Shown one piece after another: positions 63,401 through 64,000 of a DNA stretch of 64,000 nucleotides. A program made the translations under genes and the position numbers. Below the pieces are notes generated by a model. It saw only the letters and a list, made by a program, of their open reading frames with translations. It ran no database searches and was not told where the DNA came from. The stretch's first letter is position 1, and each line of letters starts with the position of its first letter. Source of the stretch: the human T2T-CHM13v2.0 reference genome, Homo sapiens; the NCBI RefSeq assembly GCF_009914755.1, contig NC_060934.1. One strand, written 5' to 3'.

Positions 63401-64000
63401 TATTGCTCTGCCTTCAACTTTGTGAAGTTCAACTTTGTGCCTTCAACTTTGTACACTTTGTGGAGACCTTTCTATCCATCTTTACAACAATCCCATAGAC
63501 CCAAAGGTTCCTAATGTTTGGGGGACTTTTTGGCTTTGCTTTGTTTGGTTTTGTTTTTTTTGCAGGCCACCCACTTGCCTTGCCAAATGCTCCATGAACC
63601 AGGTGCCCAGGATGGTAATGGGCTGCTCTAATTCATTCACATTCTCCCTCACCTGGCTGCCACCTAATCCGGTGCTACAGAGATGTAAGCAACATGTCCT
63701 ATGACTCCCCTAGGAAAAGAAGGGTAGGGAATAGACAGGCAAGATCAGGGATCTGATCCCTGGGGCAGGCAGCAACACAACACACAGTGACAGGGAAGTG
63801 GTGTTAGAGAGGGGGTGAGAGGCAGTGGGTGGTCTAGGCTAGTGGCACCTCCTCTGAGGAGTCCAGCAAAAAGGGGCATGTTCCACCAGATATAAAGGAA
63901 CATGCGACTCTGTAGTCGGGGGATGAGTAGAGCATAGACTTTCAAGAAATATTTGGCATCAATCAAGCTTAAGCTTCCAGGTCCTAGGAATGTAAAGATG

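Overview
Primate (human-like) intergenic or intronic DNA made almost entirely of interspersed repeats. I found no credible cellular protein-coding exon, RNA gene or CRISPR-type array. The long ORFs all belong to LINE-1 ORF1/ORF2/ORF0; the rest are chance ORFs. Main content: two near-full-length young L1s (L1PA2/L1PA3-like) head-to-head about 18 kb apart (15498-21538 minus; 39660-45716 plus); a truncated L1PA15/16-like copy; a fragmented old L1M scaffold; full-length THE1A and THE1B proviruses with TSDs; several solo LTRs; Alus; MIR/L2/MER fossils; and an RPL21 processed pseudogene. The most notable observations are three. (1) The two inverted L1s share the same two TTA>TGA ORF2 stop codons and other non-consensus variants, suggesting gene conversion between them or a shared dead source element. 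(2) Two loci carry locally templated insertions in AT-rich filler, one flanked by a 24-bp duplication. (3) A palindromic 30-bp minisatellite has grown inside an ERV1 LTR. Subfamily names come from remembered consensus sequences and need RepeatMasker/Dfam confirmation. I see no evidence of a novel gene system.
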